From contig JAXLNO010001453.1 of assembly GCA_038087875.1 (NCBI GenBank), forward strand, positions 186,001-250,000: DNA of 64,000 nucleotides, given 5' to 3'. The stretch comes from Malacoraja senta. Lineage: Eukaryota. Both the position numbers and the translations under genes were made by a program. Positions 36,569 through 49,574 of the stretch are shown one piece after another (within the stretch, counting starts at the first letter, position 1; each line of letters begins with the position of its first letter). Under the pieces are notes generated by a model. The model saw only the letters and a list, made by a program, of their open reading frames with translations. It was not told where the DNA came from and searched no databases.

Positions 36569-37689
36569 AATTACAATACTAATCCCTTCCAGAGTGCAAA
36601 AACTAGGTAATGAAGCAGTTTCCTCTAAAATCTTTCCTCATCAATTTTCATAAAAATAGCTGGGAAATACAATCTGAACCCGTCCCCTGCACTGCAATGC
36701 ATATTTGGCCATCTATTTAACATGCGAAACGGGCGCGTTGTTCAAAATGTCCAGTGGGGAGGGCGGCCCTGTGGAACCGAGTGCTATGTTGTACTGGAGC
36801 AGACCTCCAATGATTCCGGAATTGAGCCTCGCCGTTAACTGTTTTCACCTTCCTTTGAATCCAGCGGCAACGTCTCCAGCACGCAATGAAAACAGACATA
36901 GAGTTATGGTCCTAAACAGTGCATGCTCCATTGCTCTACAATTCTTTAAGACGTTCCATGGTTACGTATGTAAGTGCCCAGTGTACAAATGTATTTAATA
37001 AAACTCTTGCTGCAACATTTACGTTAATGAGAGTTCGATTTTATTTTTGCTTCTCGCACTGAATGTAACGCCTCATTGCTTCTTACAGAGGCTTTCGGTT
37101 TTCATTACAATTATTAACTCTGCACCAGATGCACCAAAGGTAGTGGGTGCTATTCATACAAGTTGGCATTACTAATAATATTTTTAATTCAAGCAGAGTG
37201 TAACAAGCGAGTGTCCAGTAGAGGGCGGTAAAGTGAGTACGTTCACCTGTGTGGTAAAGAGATTCTGAATCGATTTGCATTAATGTCCCACCTCCATTGA
37301 AGCTGCGCCGACGCTGGAGATCTGCCAATTTGAGATTCGAGGGAGTGCTCAGAGAGTAGGATTTAACTCCGCCTGCAGGGCAAGGAAATGTGAGAAATCC
37401 ATTAATTTATTTCCTCCACCGATGGCGGCTGAGATTTTGTATAGCTCTAAATTTGGGTTGAGTACTCTCTCCCCACATCCTCCGCTCCCGACGCGGTAAC
37501 GATTACATTTTTACATATTCTGATTGACATTTTCCCCTCGAGGCCGAAAACACCTTCACTGAACATTTTATGCTTTATTTCTTGACTTATTAACGATTAA
37601 AGGTAAGTAAGTTTAAAAACATCAAAAGGCTTTGAATTTAAAACGACCAGCTGCAACTGATGACGTCACAATGGCTCGGCTAGCAGTGG

Positions 37690-38470
37690 TCAGCTTCACT
37701 TACTGTTGTGGGACGTATCACTGATGGGGACGACAGAGTATAGAAGAGAGATCGAACGACTGTCCATATGGTGCCAACACAATAACCTGGCCCTCAACGC
37801 CAGCAAAACCAAGGAACTGATTGTGGAATTTGGAAAGATTAGGATGGGGACCCACAATCCCGTTAATGTCAACGGGTCGATAGTTGAAAGGGTCAAGAGC
37901 TTCAAATTCCTGGGTGTGCTCATCTCTGAAGACCTTTCCTGGTCCGAGAACACTGATGCAATTAATAATAAAGCACATCAGCGCCTCTACTTCCTGAGAA
38001 GATTACGGGCAGTCAGTTTGTCAAGGAGGACTCTCCCTTACTACTACAGGTGAACAGTAGGGAGCATGCTGACCGGTTGCATCGTGGCTTGGTTCGGCAA
38101 CTTGAGCGTACTGGAGAGGAAAAGAGTACAAAACGTAGTAAATACTGCCCAGTCCATCATCGGCTCCCTTCCATCGAGGGGATCCATCGCAGTCGCTGCC
38201 GCAAAAAGGCTGGCAGCATCATCAAGGACCCACACTATCCGGGCCACACACTCATCTCCCCGCTACCTTCAGGTAGAAGGTACAGGAGCCTGAAGACTGC
38301 AACAACCAGGTTCAGCAAAAGCTACTTCCGCACAGCCATCAGGCTATTAAACTCGGCTCGGACAAAACTCTGAACATTAATAGCCCATTACCTGTTTATT
38401 TGCACTTTATCAGTTTACTTATTCATGTGTGTATACATTTATATAATGCTATATGGACACACTGATAGAC
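37690..38470 (+). mobile_element. Rex1/L2-type LINE 3' fragment
   Basis: NLALNASKTKELIVEF, VKSFKFLG, KAHQRLYFLRRLR and TATTRFSKSYF..AIRLLN motifs; frameshifted. Confidence 0.85.
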
Positions 38471-40346
38471 ATAGTAATATAGAAACATAGAAAATAGGTG
38501 GAGGAGGAGGCCATTCGGCCCTTCGAGCCATCACCGCCATTCGTTGTGTTCATGGCTGATCGTCCCCTATCAATAACCCGTGCCTGCCTTCTCCCCATAT
38601 CCCTTGACTCCATTAGCCCCTAGAGCTCTATCCAACTCTCTATTAAATCCATCCAGTGATTTGGCCTCCACTGCCCTCTGTGGCAGGGAATTCAATAAAT
38701 TCACAACTCTCTGGGTGAAAACGGTTTTTCTCACCTCAGTCTTAAATGACCTCCCCTTTATTCTGAGACTGTGGCCCCTGGTTCTGGACTCGCCCAACAT
38801 TGGTAATATTTTTCCTGCATCTAGCTTGTCCAGTCCTTTCATAATTTTACATGTTTCTATAAGATGCCGCCTCATCCTTCGAAACTCCAGTGAATACAAG
38901 CCTAGTCTTTTCAATCTTTCCTCATATAACAGTCCCGCCATCCCAGGGATCAATCTGGTGAACCTACGCTGCACTGCCTCAATCACAAGGATGTCCTTCC
39001 TCAAATTTGGAGACCAAAACTGTGCACAATACTCCAGATGTGGTCTCACCAGACCCTATACAACTGCAGAAGAACCTCTTTACTCCTATACAGAAATCCT
39101 CTTGTTATGAATGCCAACATTCCATTAGCTTTCTTCACTGCCTGCTGTACCTGCACGTCAACTTTCAGTGACCGGTGCACAAGGACGCCCAGGTCTTGCT
39201 GTACCACCCTCTTACCTAACCTAACCCCATTGAGATGATAATCTGCCTCCTTGTTTTTGCCGCCAAAGTGGATAACATCACATTTATCTATATTATACTG
39301 CATCTGCCACGCCTCTGCCCACTCACTCAACCTGTCCATGTCACCCTGCATCCTCCTAACATCCTCTTTATAGTTCACACTGCCAACCAGCTTTGTGTCA
39401 TCCGCAAACTTACTACGTTGCTCCTAATTCCGTCTTCCAAATCATTAATATATATGGTAAACAGTTGCGGCCCCAACACCGAGTCTTGCCGCACTCCACT
39501 CGCCACTGCCTGCCATTATGAAAAGGACCCGGTCACTCCTACTCTTTGCTTCCGGTCTGCCAACCAATTTTCTATCCATGTCAACACCCTACCCCCAAAC
39601 CATGTGCTCTAATCTTAGTCACCAGTCTCCCATGCGGGGCCGTATCAAAGGCTTTCTGAAAGTCTAGATACACTACATCCAGTTGGATCCCTTCATCCAT
39701 TTTACTTGCCACATCCTCAAAAAATTCCAGAAGATTAGTCAAGCATGATTTCCCTTTCATAAATCTATTTTCACTAGGACTAATCCTTTTACTGCTATCC
39801 AAATGCCCCATTATTACCTCTTTAATAATTGACTCCAGCATCTTTCCCACCACCGAAGTCAGGCTAACTGGTCTGTAATTCCCCGTATTCTCTCTCGCTC
39901 TTTTCTTGAAAAGTGGGATAACATTAGCTATCCTCCAATCCACAGGAACTGATCCTGAATCTATTGATCATTGGAAAATGATCACCAATGCGTCCACTAT
40001 TTCTAGAGCCACCTCCCTGAGGACCCTGGGAAGCAGACCATCAGGCCCAGGGGATTTATCTTCCTTCAGTCCCATTAGCCAACCCAATACTATTTCACGC
40101 CTAATGAATATTTCTTTCAGTTGCTCTACCCCCTTAGATCCTCTGTCCTCCAGTACATCTGGGAGATTGTTTCTGTCTTCCTTAGTAAAGACAAATCCAA
40201 AGTACCTGTTCAACTCTTCTTCCATTTCCTTGTGCCCATAATAATTTCACCCGTGTCTGCCTTCAAGGGACCCACATTGGACTTTGCTACTATTTTCCCC
40301 TTAACATATCTTAAGAAGCTTTTTTTACTGTCCTTCTGTATATTCC

Positions 40347-41070
40347 TTTTTTTTTTGATTAATATTTTTATTAGAAGCAAACATATTATAAAGTATAGTA
40401 ACATATTATAATAGAAAATAAAACTTTTCATATACATCAATCATACATTATTAAAATTGTCAATTGTCGATTAATTCTGCTTCTAGTGTTTTTTTTATAT
40501 AGATAGAAAAAGAGAGGTAGAAAGAAAAAAGCATTATAAATATCGAAAAAAAAGAGGTGGAATAAGTTACTTATAATACGTCATTGGAGATAAGTTCGTA
40601 GTTAAGAACTATAATTTTACATCTAATCCTGAGTTCAAGCTTCTGTTGGGTTTTCGTGCTGGGCCCATCTATCCCTTCAAATAGTTAATGAATGGAGCCC
40701 ATATTTTAACAAAAAGTTGAAATTAAGACAAGTCTAATTCTTTCTAGATGTAGGGTCTCCGACATTTCCACAATCCACATTTTAATTGTGGGGGTTATAG
40801 GACCTTTCCAAAATTTTAATATGAATTTTCTCCCAGTTATTATACTGTAGTCAAGGAAGTTTCTTTGGCTTGTTGTGAGTGTTAAACATTGTTCTGATAT
40901 CCCAAGTATTATTAATTTTGAGTCTGGATCCAATTTAGTATTAACAATTTCAGAAATTATTTCAAAAACATCAATCCAGAATTTTTTTATTTTTATACAA
41001 TTTGCAAAAGTATGTGTTAAATTGGCCTCTAGATGTAGGCATTTATCCTATATAATGATAAATACCTTCC
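40347..41070 (-). mobile_element. L1-clade 3' fragment nested in CR1
   Basis: T-run at 40347-40356 with a minus-strand AATAAA nearby. ORF 40706-40933 (LKFWKGPITPTIKMW...ETLHLERIR) is homologous to L1 ORF 12106-12318 (LKFWKKAPIPTINMW...ETLHLEEIR). Confidence 0.85.
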
Positions 41071-42235
41071 GGCTACTCTTTGCTGTGTTATACATCTTTT
41101 CTTTTAGTTATATTCTATCTCTAACTTCTTTTGTCAACCACGGTTGCCTCCTAACCCCCTTAGAATCTTTCTGCCTTTATGGAATGAAATGATCCTGCGT
41201 CTTCCGGATTATGCCCAGAAATTCCTACCATTGCTGTTCCACCGTCCTTCCTGCTAGGATCCCCATCCTGTCTACTTTGGTCAGCTCTCCTCTCATGCCT
41301 TCATAGTCCCCTTTGTTCAACTGCATCACTGCCACTTCCGATTTTACGTTCTCCTTCTCAAATTGCAGATTAAAACTAATCATATTATGATCACTACCAC
41401 CAAGCGGTTCCTTTACCTCGAGTTCTCTTATCATAACTGGTGCACTGGACAGCACTAAATCCAGAATTGCCTTTTCTCTGGTGGGCTCCATTACAAGCTG
41501 CTCTAAGAATCCATCTCGGAGGCATTCTACAAACATCAATTTCTTGGGGTCCTGAACCAACCTGATTTTACCAGTCTACCTGCATATTGAAATCCCCCAT
41601 CACCACAGTGGAATTACCTTTGTTACATGCCAGTTTTAACTCCTGCTGCAACTTACACCCTGCATCCGGGCTACTATTTGGGGATCTGTAAATAACACCA
41701 ATTCGTGTCTTCTTGCCTTTGCAATTCATCAACTCAATCCACAGTGACTCTACCTCGTCAGTCTATATGTCTTCCCTCGCAAGGGTCTGAATTCCCTCCC
41801 TCACCAGCAAAGCTACCCCCCTCCTCTGCCCACCTGCTACCCCCCTCCTCTGCCCACCTGCCTGTCCTTTCTATAGGATGTATAACCCTGAATATTAAGT
41901 TCCCAGGCCCTATCCTCCTGCAGCCATGTCTCAATAATCCCCACAATGTCATATCTACCAACCCCTAACTGAGCCTCAAGCTCATCTACTGTACTTCTTA
42001 TACTTCGCGCATTCATATACAATACTTTTAATTCCTTACGCATCTCACCTTTCACATCGATCCCTATTACAATTGGCCATACTCTCCTATCCCTTTGTGA
42101 GCTTTCTTTCCCGTTAATTCTGGGGTCATTAACCATCCCTTTACTCTCTTTCCCTTTAACTCCATCCTCGACTATCCCATTTGACACCCCACCCATCTTA
42201 TTCAGTTTAAAACCACCCGTGTAGCAGTGGCAAAC

Positions 42236-43970
42236 TGCTTTCAACAGATTTGACTGCCCCACACCACCCCAGCCTCCCCCACCTGGTCTGCTGACCATTG
42301 CTGCTTCCTCTCCACCTCCCCTCCCTCCCTCCATCGTCTCCATCACTCCTGAGATGTCACCTGTGCGGAATCCCCTCTTTCCACCTCCCATTCCACCAGC
42401 AGCCCCACCTATGACTCTTCATACTGCTCAGGTCAAGATGATGCTGGACAGACTGAAGCCAAGGAAAGCAGTGGGGCCTGATGACACCAGCCGAAGTCTA
42501 CTGAAGACCTGCTCTTCAGAGCTGTGTGGTATTGTAACACACCTGTTCAACCTGAGCTTGCGTCTACAGAAGGTTCCAAGGCTGTGGAAAACATCTTGCC
42601 TGGTACCTGTCCCAAAGAAGACCCATCCCACTCACCACAATGACTACAGACCAGTAGCGCTCACATCACGTATTATGAAGACATTTGAGAGATTTGTCCT
42701 TTCCTACATCAGGACTAGTGTGTCAAATCAAATGGATCCTTTACAGTTTGCATATCAGCCTAACAACAGTGTCGATGATGCCCTCATTTACATGCTGCAG
42801 AGGGTGTACACACATTTGGACACTACTGATGCATCTGTAAGGATTACGTTTTTTGACTTCTCAAGCGCCTTCAACACAATTCAGCCCCGACTGCTAGTGG
42901 AGAAGATGGAGAAGATGAAAGTGGATCCATCACTGGTACTGTGGTGTTTGGATTACCTTTCCCTCAGACCACAGTACGTGCGCCTACAGAACAACAATGT
43001 CTCAAGCACCATCTTGAGCAGCACAGGGGCTCCACAAGGAACTGTGCTGGCTCCATTCCTGTTTACCATCTACACAGCGGATCTCCGATATAATACCAAC
43101 AGCTGCTTTTTGCAGAAATTTTCGGATGACACAGCTGTTGTCGGCCTCATTAAAGGGGGCAATGAGGAGGAGTATAGAGACATGATAAGTAACTTTGTGG
43201 AGTGGAGTGCACCCAATTACCTCCTTCTTAACACCACAAAAACCAAGGAGATAGTTGTGGACTTCAGGAGGGGGAGGAGAAGGACTCAAGCAACACCAAT
43301 CACCATTAAGGGCACTGAGGTGGAGGTGGTCGCTAACCACAGGTACCTTGGTGTGCAGCTTGACAGTGAGCTGGACTGGAAGAGTAATATGGAGGCGGTA
43401 TACAGGAAGGGACAAAGCCGACTGTATTTTTTAAGGAGGCTGAGGGCATTTAACATCTGCCAACCCCTACTGTGCAGTGTCTACCATTCAGTGGTGGCCA
43501 GTGCTCTGTTTTTTGCGGTGGCCTGTTGGGGAGATGGCGCCCGCATAGCGGACAAAAACAGGCTGGACAAGCTGATCAGGAAGGCCGGCTCAGTGGTCGG
43601 GGCTGAGCAACGAACGGTCCAGCAGGTGGCAGAGGCCAGAACTCTCAACAAACTGGGTTCTATATTGACCAACCCCACTCACCCACTCCATGCCCTGAAG
43701 GTGATCAAGAGCAGCATCTTCAGTCAGAGACTGAATGCACCAATGTGCAAAACTGACAGACATAGGAAGTCCTGTTTACCAGCTGCTATAAGGTTATATA
43801 ATGCGCATAAATAACTGCACTTTTTTATTCTTTAATTGTATTTTAACTTGTATTTTAACTTGCATTTTAACTTGTTAAGTATGGCAGCTATTTGAGGAAA
43901 TGTGTGGTGTTATGTCTGTCTTGAAGCTGTCGTGGCACTGTAATATCCTGCAAAGGTTTATTAAAGGTAT

Positions 43971-43997
<27 letters not shown>
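42236..43997 (+). mobile_element. 5'-truncated Rex1/Babar-type LINE with open RT frame and (AATC)n tail
   Basis: Frame open 42237-43814 with KAVGPD, DYRPVALTS, DPLQFAY, DFSSAFNTI, GAPQGTVL and FSDD motifs. Tail from 43971. CAAAC at both junctions (42231-42235, 43998-44002). Confidence 0.92.
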
Positions 43998-44001
<4 letters not shown>

Positions 44002-45544
44002 CCTGCCTGCCAGAATGCGGATCCCTCACCTGTTAAGATGCAATCCGTTCCTTTTGTACAGCCCCCCTTACTCCAAAACAGATCCCAGTGATCTAAGAAT
44101 CTAAATCCCTGCCTCCTGCACCAGTTCCTCAGCCACACATTCAGGTCCCGTACCTCCCTGTTTCTGCTCTCGCCAGCACGAGGAAGTGGAAGCAAACCGG
44201 AGATAACAACTCTGGAGGTCCTGCTTTTCAGCATTTGTCCGAGCTCTCTAAAGTCACGCTGCAGAATATTCATCCCCTTCTTTCCGACATCGTTTGTGCT
44301 GACATGCACTACCACTTCCGGCTGTTCACCTTCGCCCTTGAGGATTTTCTGCACTCTGTCCGTGACATCCTGCATCCTGGCACCAGGAAGGCAGCACACC
44401 ATCCTCGAATCCCGTCTATTGCCGCAGAAACCCCTGTCCGTACCTCTCACAATGGAGTCTCCAACTACAATGGCGTTGTCTGACGTTGGCCTCTTTGGAT
44501 TTGGCTCAACAGCCCTTTTTGCTTCGCAAGCCAGCGCGCCGCTCAGTGTGATAACGTATTCTGTCCCGACAGCTTCTAAGTGGGTGAACCTGTTCACAAG
44601 ATGTACAACACCCGGGGACGTTTGCATTCCATGTTTCCCTCCCTTTCTCACCGTCACCCACCTTCTCTCTTCCAGTACCTTACATGTAACAATCGTACTG
44701 TAGGAAAAGGAACGACTCAGTTTCTCGGACGAACCTGAGGTCATCCACTTGCTTCTCCAGTTCCCCAACACTGTCCTTCACGAGCTGTACCTGGATGTAC
44801 TTCTCACATTTGTAGCAGCGGTGTCCTTGACCTTCCACATACTGAAAGCATCACACTGAATCAGCTTACCTGACATGTCCTTATTTCGTCTCTCCCTCTC
44901 CAGCGTTTTGCTTAGCCTCCTCTCCTCAGCCTGCTCGCCGAAGACTCTCGAGGCAAAGACTCACACATTTCTCACAGGGCACTTCACTCACAAGGCCGCT
45001 CACTCACTGCCGCTCCCTAAGAGCCGTCTTGCTTATATTGACTGAGAAATTATCTTTGTTGCAGTTGCTTCAAAATCCACGGGAGCTCTGAGTAAAGTCT
45101 GCCTGTGCTTTGCCTCTCCTTTTCAACTCTTTTCCCCCTCTGACTCACTTCTAACTCTCCTCCCACTCGGGCTAGAGCCAATCAGTGTTTTCTCCTGATC
45201 TGTTCTGTAGTCATGTCTACTATGTTCTGATGTGCTGAAGAAAAGCAAGAATGTCATTGTCCTATCAGGGACACATGACAATAAATTCTCTTGAATGTTG
45301 AATCTTGAATGATCACATTGAATGGCGGTGTTGGCTCGAAGGGCCGAATGGCCTACTCCTTCGCCGATTGACTATTGAAAAGGAGCTAATCAGCCACTCT
45401 CCAACTCCGTCTTATCTGCAGGACCTTCTCTCTCTGCTTCCAGACCCATAAACTAATTTACTGCACAAACACATGTGTTACTTTTTAAGCTAGGGGGCTA
45501 GACTGTTGCAAGTAAATTAACAGGCACAATCCTCGGCAACGTGC

Positions 45545-45700
45545 AGGCTCAGCTATCGTTTCGTTGAACACCTCCGCTCAATTCGCCTAAAATTGCTTGA
45601 TCTCCCGCTTACTAAACACTTTAACTCCCCCTTCCATTCCACACTGACCTCTCTGTGCTGGGTCTCCTGCATTGTTGGAGGAGTCAAAATTGTCCCCTCT
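45545..45700 (+). mobile_element. Penelope-like element GIY-YIG endonuclease fragment
   Basis: Translates as YRFVEHLRSIRLKLLDLPLTKHFNSPFH.HTDLSVLGLLHC, resembling the C-terminal part of PLE GIY-YIG domains. Confidence 0.75.
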
Positions 45701-45734
45701 TACTTTTTGCTCGAATCTGCTTGACAACGTACCC

Positions 45735-46200
45735 TGCTTCTGCAAAGTATTTTACACTTCAACCGCGTGGAGAGTTTACGAATAGCAACGGCGTTTTTAA
45801 AACCCTTGCCTCCCGGTTCCTCCTCATTCTGTTGCTCAAACTGCAGACGGTCACACAAACCCTGGCGGTCAGTTAAGCCCGCGGGAGACTGCGGGGTGAG
45901 AACAATGGAGCAAACAGTGAGCTAGCAATGAAGAACAGAGGAATGTCCATCATCTTACTGGTGGCAATCTAGTGAAGCTGTATCCTGTTGCGTTCGCCTT
46001 ACCTTGTAAATGTTATTGTTGTAAAAGTTACAAGCATTAGCTGTGCTAGCCGGTTTAATGCCACTGATCCAATGTTTATCCTCCAAGAAAGTGGATGCAT
46101 GCTGGTGCTTCTGAACTCCTGCACCAATTCGTGCATTTATGAAGGGCGCAGACCAAATTCCGAGAGTAGTTGAAGAATACGGCTAAATACCCCCTGGGTC
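45735..46200 (+). pseudogene. Older GPR139/GPR142-like GPCR fragment (ECL2 to helix 8)
   Basis: FYTSTAWRV; PCLP/FLLILLL; LAVS*ARGRLRG..MKNRGMSIILLVAI**; FILQESGCMLVLLNSCTNSCIY; frameshifted TKFRE*LKN..KYP. Multiple stops. Confidence 0.8.
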
Positions 46201-47427
46201 TATTTAGACGAATGTTTACATATTGTGAACGTCTCTAAAGTAAGCGGGTAATTTACATTTTATTTTCACTATCACAGTTAATGCGAGTGAACTCATAAGG
46301 GAGGGTGTTATATGGTGATATGGTTATGTCATTGGGGCAGTCAAGAAGACCTGTAGAATATTGCGAGCTAAATTTCCATCAAAGTTTACCTATATATCCT
46401 GTTCACTCTTTTAAGCGAATGTTGACGATATAGGGCAGAAATAATTTGTTTGGGGGCACAAATAGTTAGTGAATCTAATAGGATGCTGTGTTGCTTCAGT
46501 GGGGAAGGAGGGAGCTAGTTGCAGTTCTATACGTGACCGCGCGAGGGCGCGTTCCTTTTAGAACTGGTACTTCACAGTTGCATCCGATGAAATCAGTGCT
46601 TCGTTGTATTGTGTTCGAGTAACACATCTAGTACCTGTTCTTTTACACAAAGACCCCCTATAGAAATTTAAATCTCTGGTAAAATAAAATTGTAATGGCA
46701 TAAATCAAGGCCACTAAGCAAGTCATTCTGCTGTCTATTAAATTGGACATAGAGATTCCTGTTTTATACCAATGTCATTAGAATCGACGTCTGAGATTTT
46801 CTTCATTTTAGTCCATGTTACATTGTGCAGCTTACACTGAGTGATGCAATGAAGCCCGGGTAACTGATCGTATAGATGTAGACCCTATTTTCTTAGAAGA
46901 ACGCTGTCCACGTGCTGGTCGTACATTGTTGGAACAAACTCATCTCGTTTGTGGTTGCAAATAAAATGTGACAGCCCAGATATTTAACTTTCTATTAATT
47001 TAATTGGGACAATGGAATGAGGCAGGAATATACAGTGGACTGCGCCTTGTTTCACACCACGCCGTGAGCTTTTCTGGTATTTCTGTTCCAGGCACTCCCA
47101 GTACTATGTCCCATAATACACTGTCAGGACTGGTCCCATGTGAAGCCCGGCTCCTTCTGTGCAGCCTCATCAAAAACATTCCCATTCAATTCCCCCATGG
47201 ATCACATTCAGCGACTTTGTTTCAAGTCATAAAATGATATAGCACGTAAACAGACCCTTCGGTCGAACGTCCATGCCGATCAAAATGTCCCATTCCAGGT
47301 AATCCCATTTGCCCGCGGTCCCCGTTAAATCAATCCTATCCATTTGCCCGCTCAAATGTATTTCAAATAGTATTATACATCCTGTCTCCACTATCTCCTC
47401 TGGCAGTTAGTTCCTTGTCGACAATAG

Positions 47428-48110
47428 ACTAAAGACAATAGACAATAGGTGCAGGAGGAGGACATTCGGTTATTTGAGCCAGCACCGCCATTCACTGTGA
47501 TCATGGCTGATCATCCACGTTCAGTGCCCCGTTCCTGCCTTCTCACCATATCCGCTGACCCCGCTATCTTTAAGAGCTCCATCTAACTATCTCTTGAAAA
47601 CATCCAGAGAATTGGCCTCCACTGCTTTCTCAGGCAGCGAATTCCACAGATTCACAACACTCTGAGTGAAAATGGTTTCCCTCATCTACGTTCGAAATAG
47701 CCTACACATTCTTAAACTGTGGCCCCTAGTTCTGGGCTCTCTCAACATCGGGAACATGGTTCCTACCTCCAGCGTGTCCAATCCTTTAATAATATTTTAT
47801 GTTTCAATAAGATCCCCTCTCATCTTACTAAATTCCAGCGTATACAAGCCCATCCGCTCGATTCTATCCACATATGACAGTCCCGCCATCTCTGGAATTA
47901 ACCTCGTGAACGTACGGTGCACTCCTTCAATAGCAAGAATGCCGTTCCTCAAACCTGGAGACCAAAACTGCACACATTACTCCAGGTGTGGTCTCATTAG
48001 GGCTCTGAACAACTGCAGAAGGACCTCTTGCTCCTATACTCACTTCCTCTTGTTATGATGGCCAACGTGCAATTAGCTTTCTGCACTGCTCCTGTACCTG
48101 CATGCTTACT
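47428..48110 (-). mobile_element. CR1 3' fragment with (GACAATA)n tail
   Basis: gacaatagacaataggtgcagg tail followed by the reverse-complemented CR1 ORF2 C-terminus. Confidence 0.85.
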
Positions 48111-48321
48111 TTCAGTGAGTGATGAACAAGAATCCCCAGGTGATACCCATCACCTTCTCAAGTGCAAAGGTTTCCTTCCCGTTCCTGTTAAATATTTCCC
48201 CTCTCTCCTTTAACCTAATTCCTCTGGTTCTTTATTCTCCAACTCTGGGTAAAGGACAATGTGCATTCACGTTCTCCAATCCGCTAATGATTTCATACAC
48301 TCAGCCTCCAGCGCTCAAGAT

Positions 48322-48617
48322 ATCAGAGATCCGCCGTGGAAACAGGCCCTTCGTCCCACAGAATCCGCGCTTACCAACGATCACCAACAGTAGCACTATC
48401 CTGCAAGCTAGAGACAAGTTACAATTTGCAGACGTTAAGAATAAACTATATTTCTGTACGTATTTCTAGTCTGGGAGGTAATCGGAACACCCGGAGAAAA
48501 CCTAGGCAGTCATCGGGAGAACTCGCAAAATCGCTACTGACAGCACGGTACTCAGGTTCTAATCCGGGTGTCTGACACTGCAAGGGAGCAACTCTACCGC
48601 TACGACACGATGCCGCC
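48322..48617 (-). mobile_element. tRNA-derived SINE
   Basis: Minus-strand head ggcggcatcgtgtcgtagcggtagagttgctcc...cccggattagaacctgag; same family as 19346. Confidence 0.75.
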
Positions 48618-49536
48618 TAATTTAGTCCTACCCAGCTCAACCGATCCTTTTTGCGTAATCGCTCGAGGGAGAATAGTAGAGCTGTGATCTACAACACCCT
48701 TCTAGTGAAGGGGTTGTTATGTTGCTGTTGTGGGGGAATTCCCAGACTATAGCGATGCAGAGAAGTAATTCAGTACCGGCTCATTGAGCAAAAACAGTAA
48801 TTACTGCTTTAAGGTATTTGCATATTTGTGCAGTCGCCCATTGGGAAAGGCGCCAGGCGTATTTAAAGTGTTTAATTTTACTGCCCTCACGTGACTATCC
48901 ATCAAGGGATTTACTTTAGCAGTTGCTGTAGCTACGCATCTGGTGTCCAGTGATATATCCAGCGACTCAGATCTGGATTACTCAGTAGGGCCCAATGGTG
49001 AACTACCCACCTATATTACTGGTAATCCGCCATATACGTTAGTATATTTTGGTTTATAGACTTCCTATTCTTCCCGAGTCCCGGACGATTTTGCTGCTAT
49101 TAGTAAAGGTCAATCACTACCTGAAATTAGAAAGTCTGTCAGGGTGTCGGTAAAGTGGAATTGGTTAACGTAATTCTGACAATTCCGGGCCAGCCCATCC
49201 TCCATCCAGTGACACCCACGGTTCTATAACTAAAACAGATAATTCTGCAGTTATTAAACAGGTTATCCAGGACCGAGAGAAGGTGAGACAGAACAAACGT
49301 TTCAGATCTCTGGTCACATTTCCTATCCCGCTGCCAAGTGTCGTAAGAGCTCTTGTAATTATCTGCAGCTATTGGCTAATGATATGGAAACGGATTCCGG
49401 AGAAGCAGCTCGCAGTTGGAAACAATCAAACCACCAGGACACCTGCACAGAATGAAAGCAAACCGACAACTGAGAGAGAAGAGTAAATCAGGCACATCCA
49501 ACCGCATCAGCGGAGCAGAGAGCAAGACAACGGCGA

Positions 49537-49574
49537 TGTTTTTGTAAGGGTCTTAACTTGTTTCCATCACTGTG
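49537..49574 (-). other. Recombination signal sequence: CACAGTG - 22 nt - ACAAAAACA
   Basis: Heptamer 49574-49568 is a perfect consensus, the spacer 49567-49546 is 22 nt, and the nonamer 49545-49537 matches 8/9. It directly follows the V exon. Confidence 0.95.

Larger units (their letters stand above)
21864..37326 (+). repeat. Segmental duplication unit, copy 2
   Basis: Colinear with 1-14802; paired ORF translations are nearly identical (for example 248-487 vs 22110-22349 and 5581-5910 vs 27328-27657). Confidence 0.95.
38476..45040 (-). mobile_element. Near full-length degenerate CR1 LINE (5' UTR, ORF1 with SGNH esterase domain, ORF2, tail) with nested L1 and Rex1 elements
   Basis: ORF1 IVVGDSIVRGTD...CCLPGAR...VVVHVSTND (43989-44771). 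ORF2 start LKVLYMNARSIRS (41837 region) and RT fragments at 39046-40225. GAAACATA tail at about 38480. Confidence 0.9.

Noticed and set aside
48940-49110. Ig-like words (ggtgtccagtgatatatccagcgactcag; PDDFAA) as a V pseudogene
   Set aside because: No splice acceptor, no Cys/Trp framework and no RSS; probably chance.
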